Source: Squalus acanthias (taxonomy: Eukaryota). Taken from it: a DNA stretch of 64,000 nt. The notes beneath the pieces were generated by a model. It was not told where the DNA came from. It made no database searches and saw only the letters and a list, made by a program, of their open reading frames with translations. Location of the stretch: assembly GCA_030390025.1 (NCBI GenBank), contig CM059429.1, forward strand, positions 143,096,001 through 143,160,000. The letters are read 5' to 3'. Of this stretch, positions 63,947 through 64,000 are shown piece after piece. The position numbers and the translations under genes were made by a program. How positions within the stretch are numbered: the stretch's first letter is position 1; the number at the start of each line of letters is the position of its first letter.

Positions 63947-64000
63947 AAGAACATAGGAACATAAGAAATAGGAGTAGGAATAGGCCATTCGGCCCCTTGA
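63947..64000 (-). mobile_element. CR1 3' tail (runs off the window)
   Basis: AAGAACATAGGAACATAAGAAATAGGAGTAGGAATAGGCCATTCGGCCC. Confidence 0.75.

Overview
Vertebrate nuclear DNA, almost certainly from a cartilaginous fish (shark). The evidence is HE1-type V-SINEs, Deu-domain and LF-SINE-like elements, abundant CR1/L2 LINEs and Penelope-type termini. The only intact host coding sequence I can support is two + strand exons of CD247 (CD3 zeta): the transmembrane exon at 60175-60278 and the next exon at 61804-61872. I could not find exon 1, so much or all of 1-60174 may be a long first intron. The rest is dominated by transposable elements: CR1 and L2 fragments (several nested), a degenerate two-gene PIF/Harbinger element, many Harbinger-type MITEs, hAT-type elements and fold-back Penelope termini. 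There is also a U1 snRNA copy with an internal deletion. The most unusual item is a TSD-flanked non-autonomous hAT element (5274-7174) that has captured genomic DNA containing the 5' UTR, first coding exon and splice donor of a TSPAN5/TSPAN17-type tetraspanin gene, i.e. a Pack-type DNA transposon. A second hAT-type element (54570-55268) may carry another captured exon. Repeat boundaries without TIR/TSD support are approximate, and family assignments come from recalled consensus features, not a database search.
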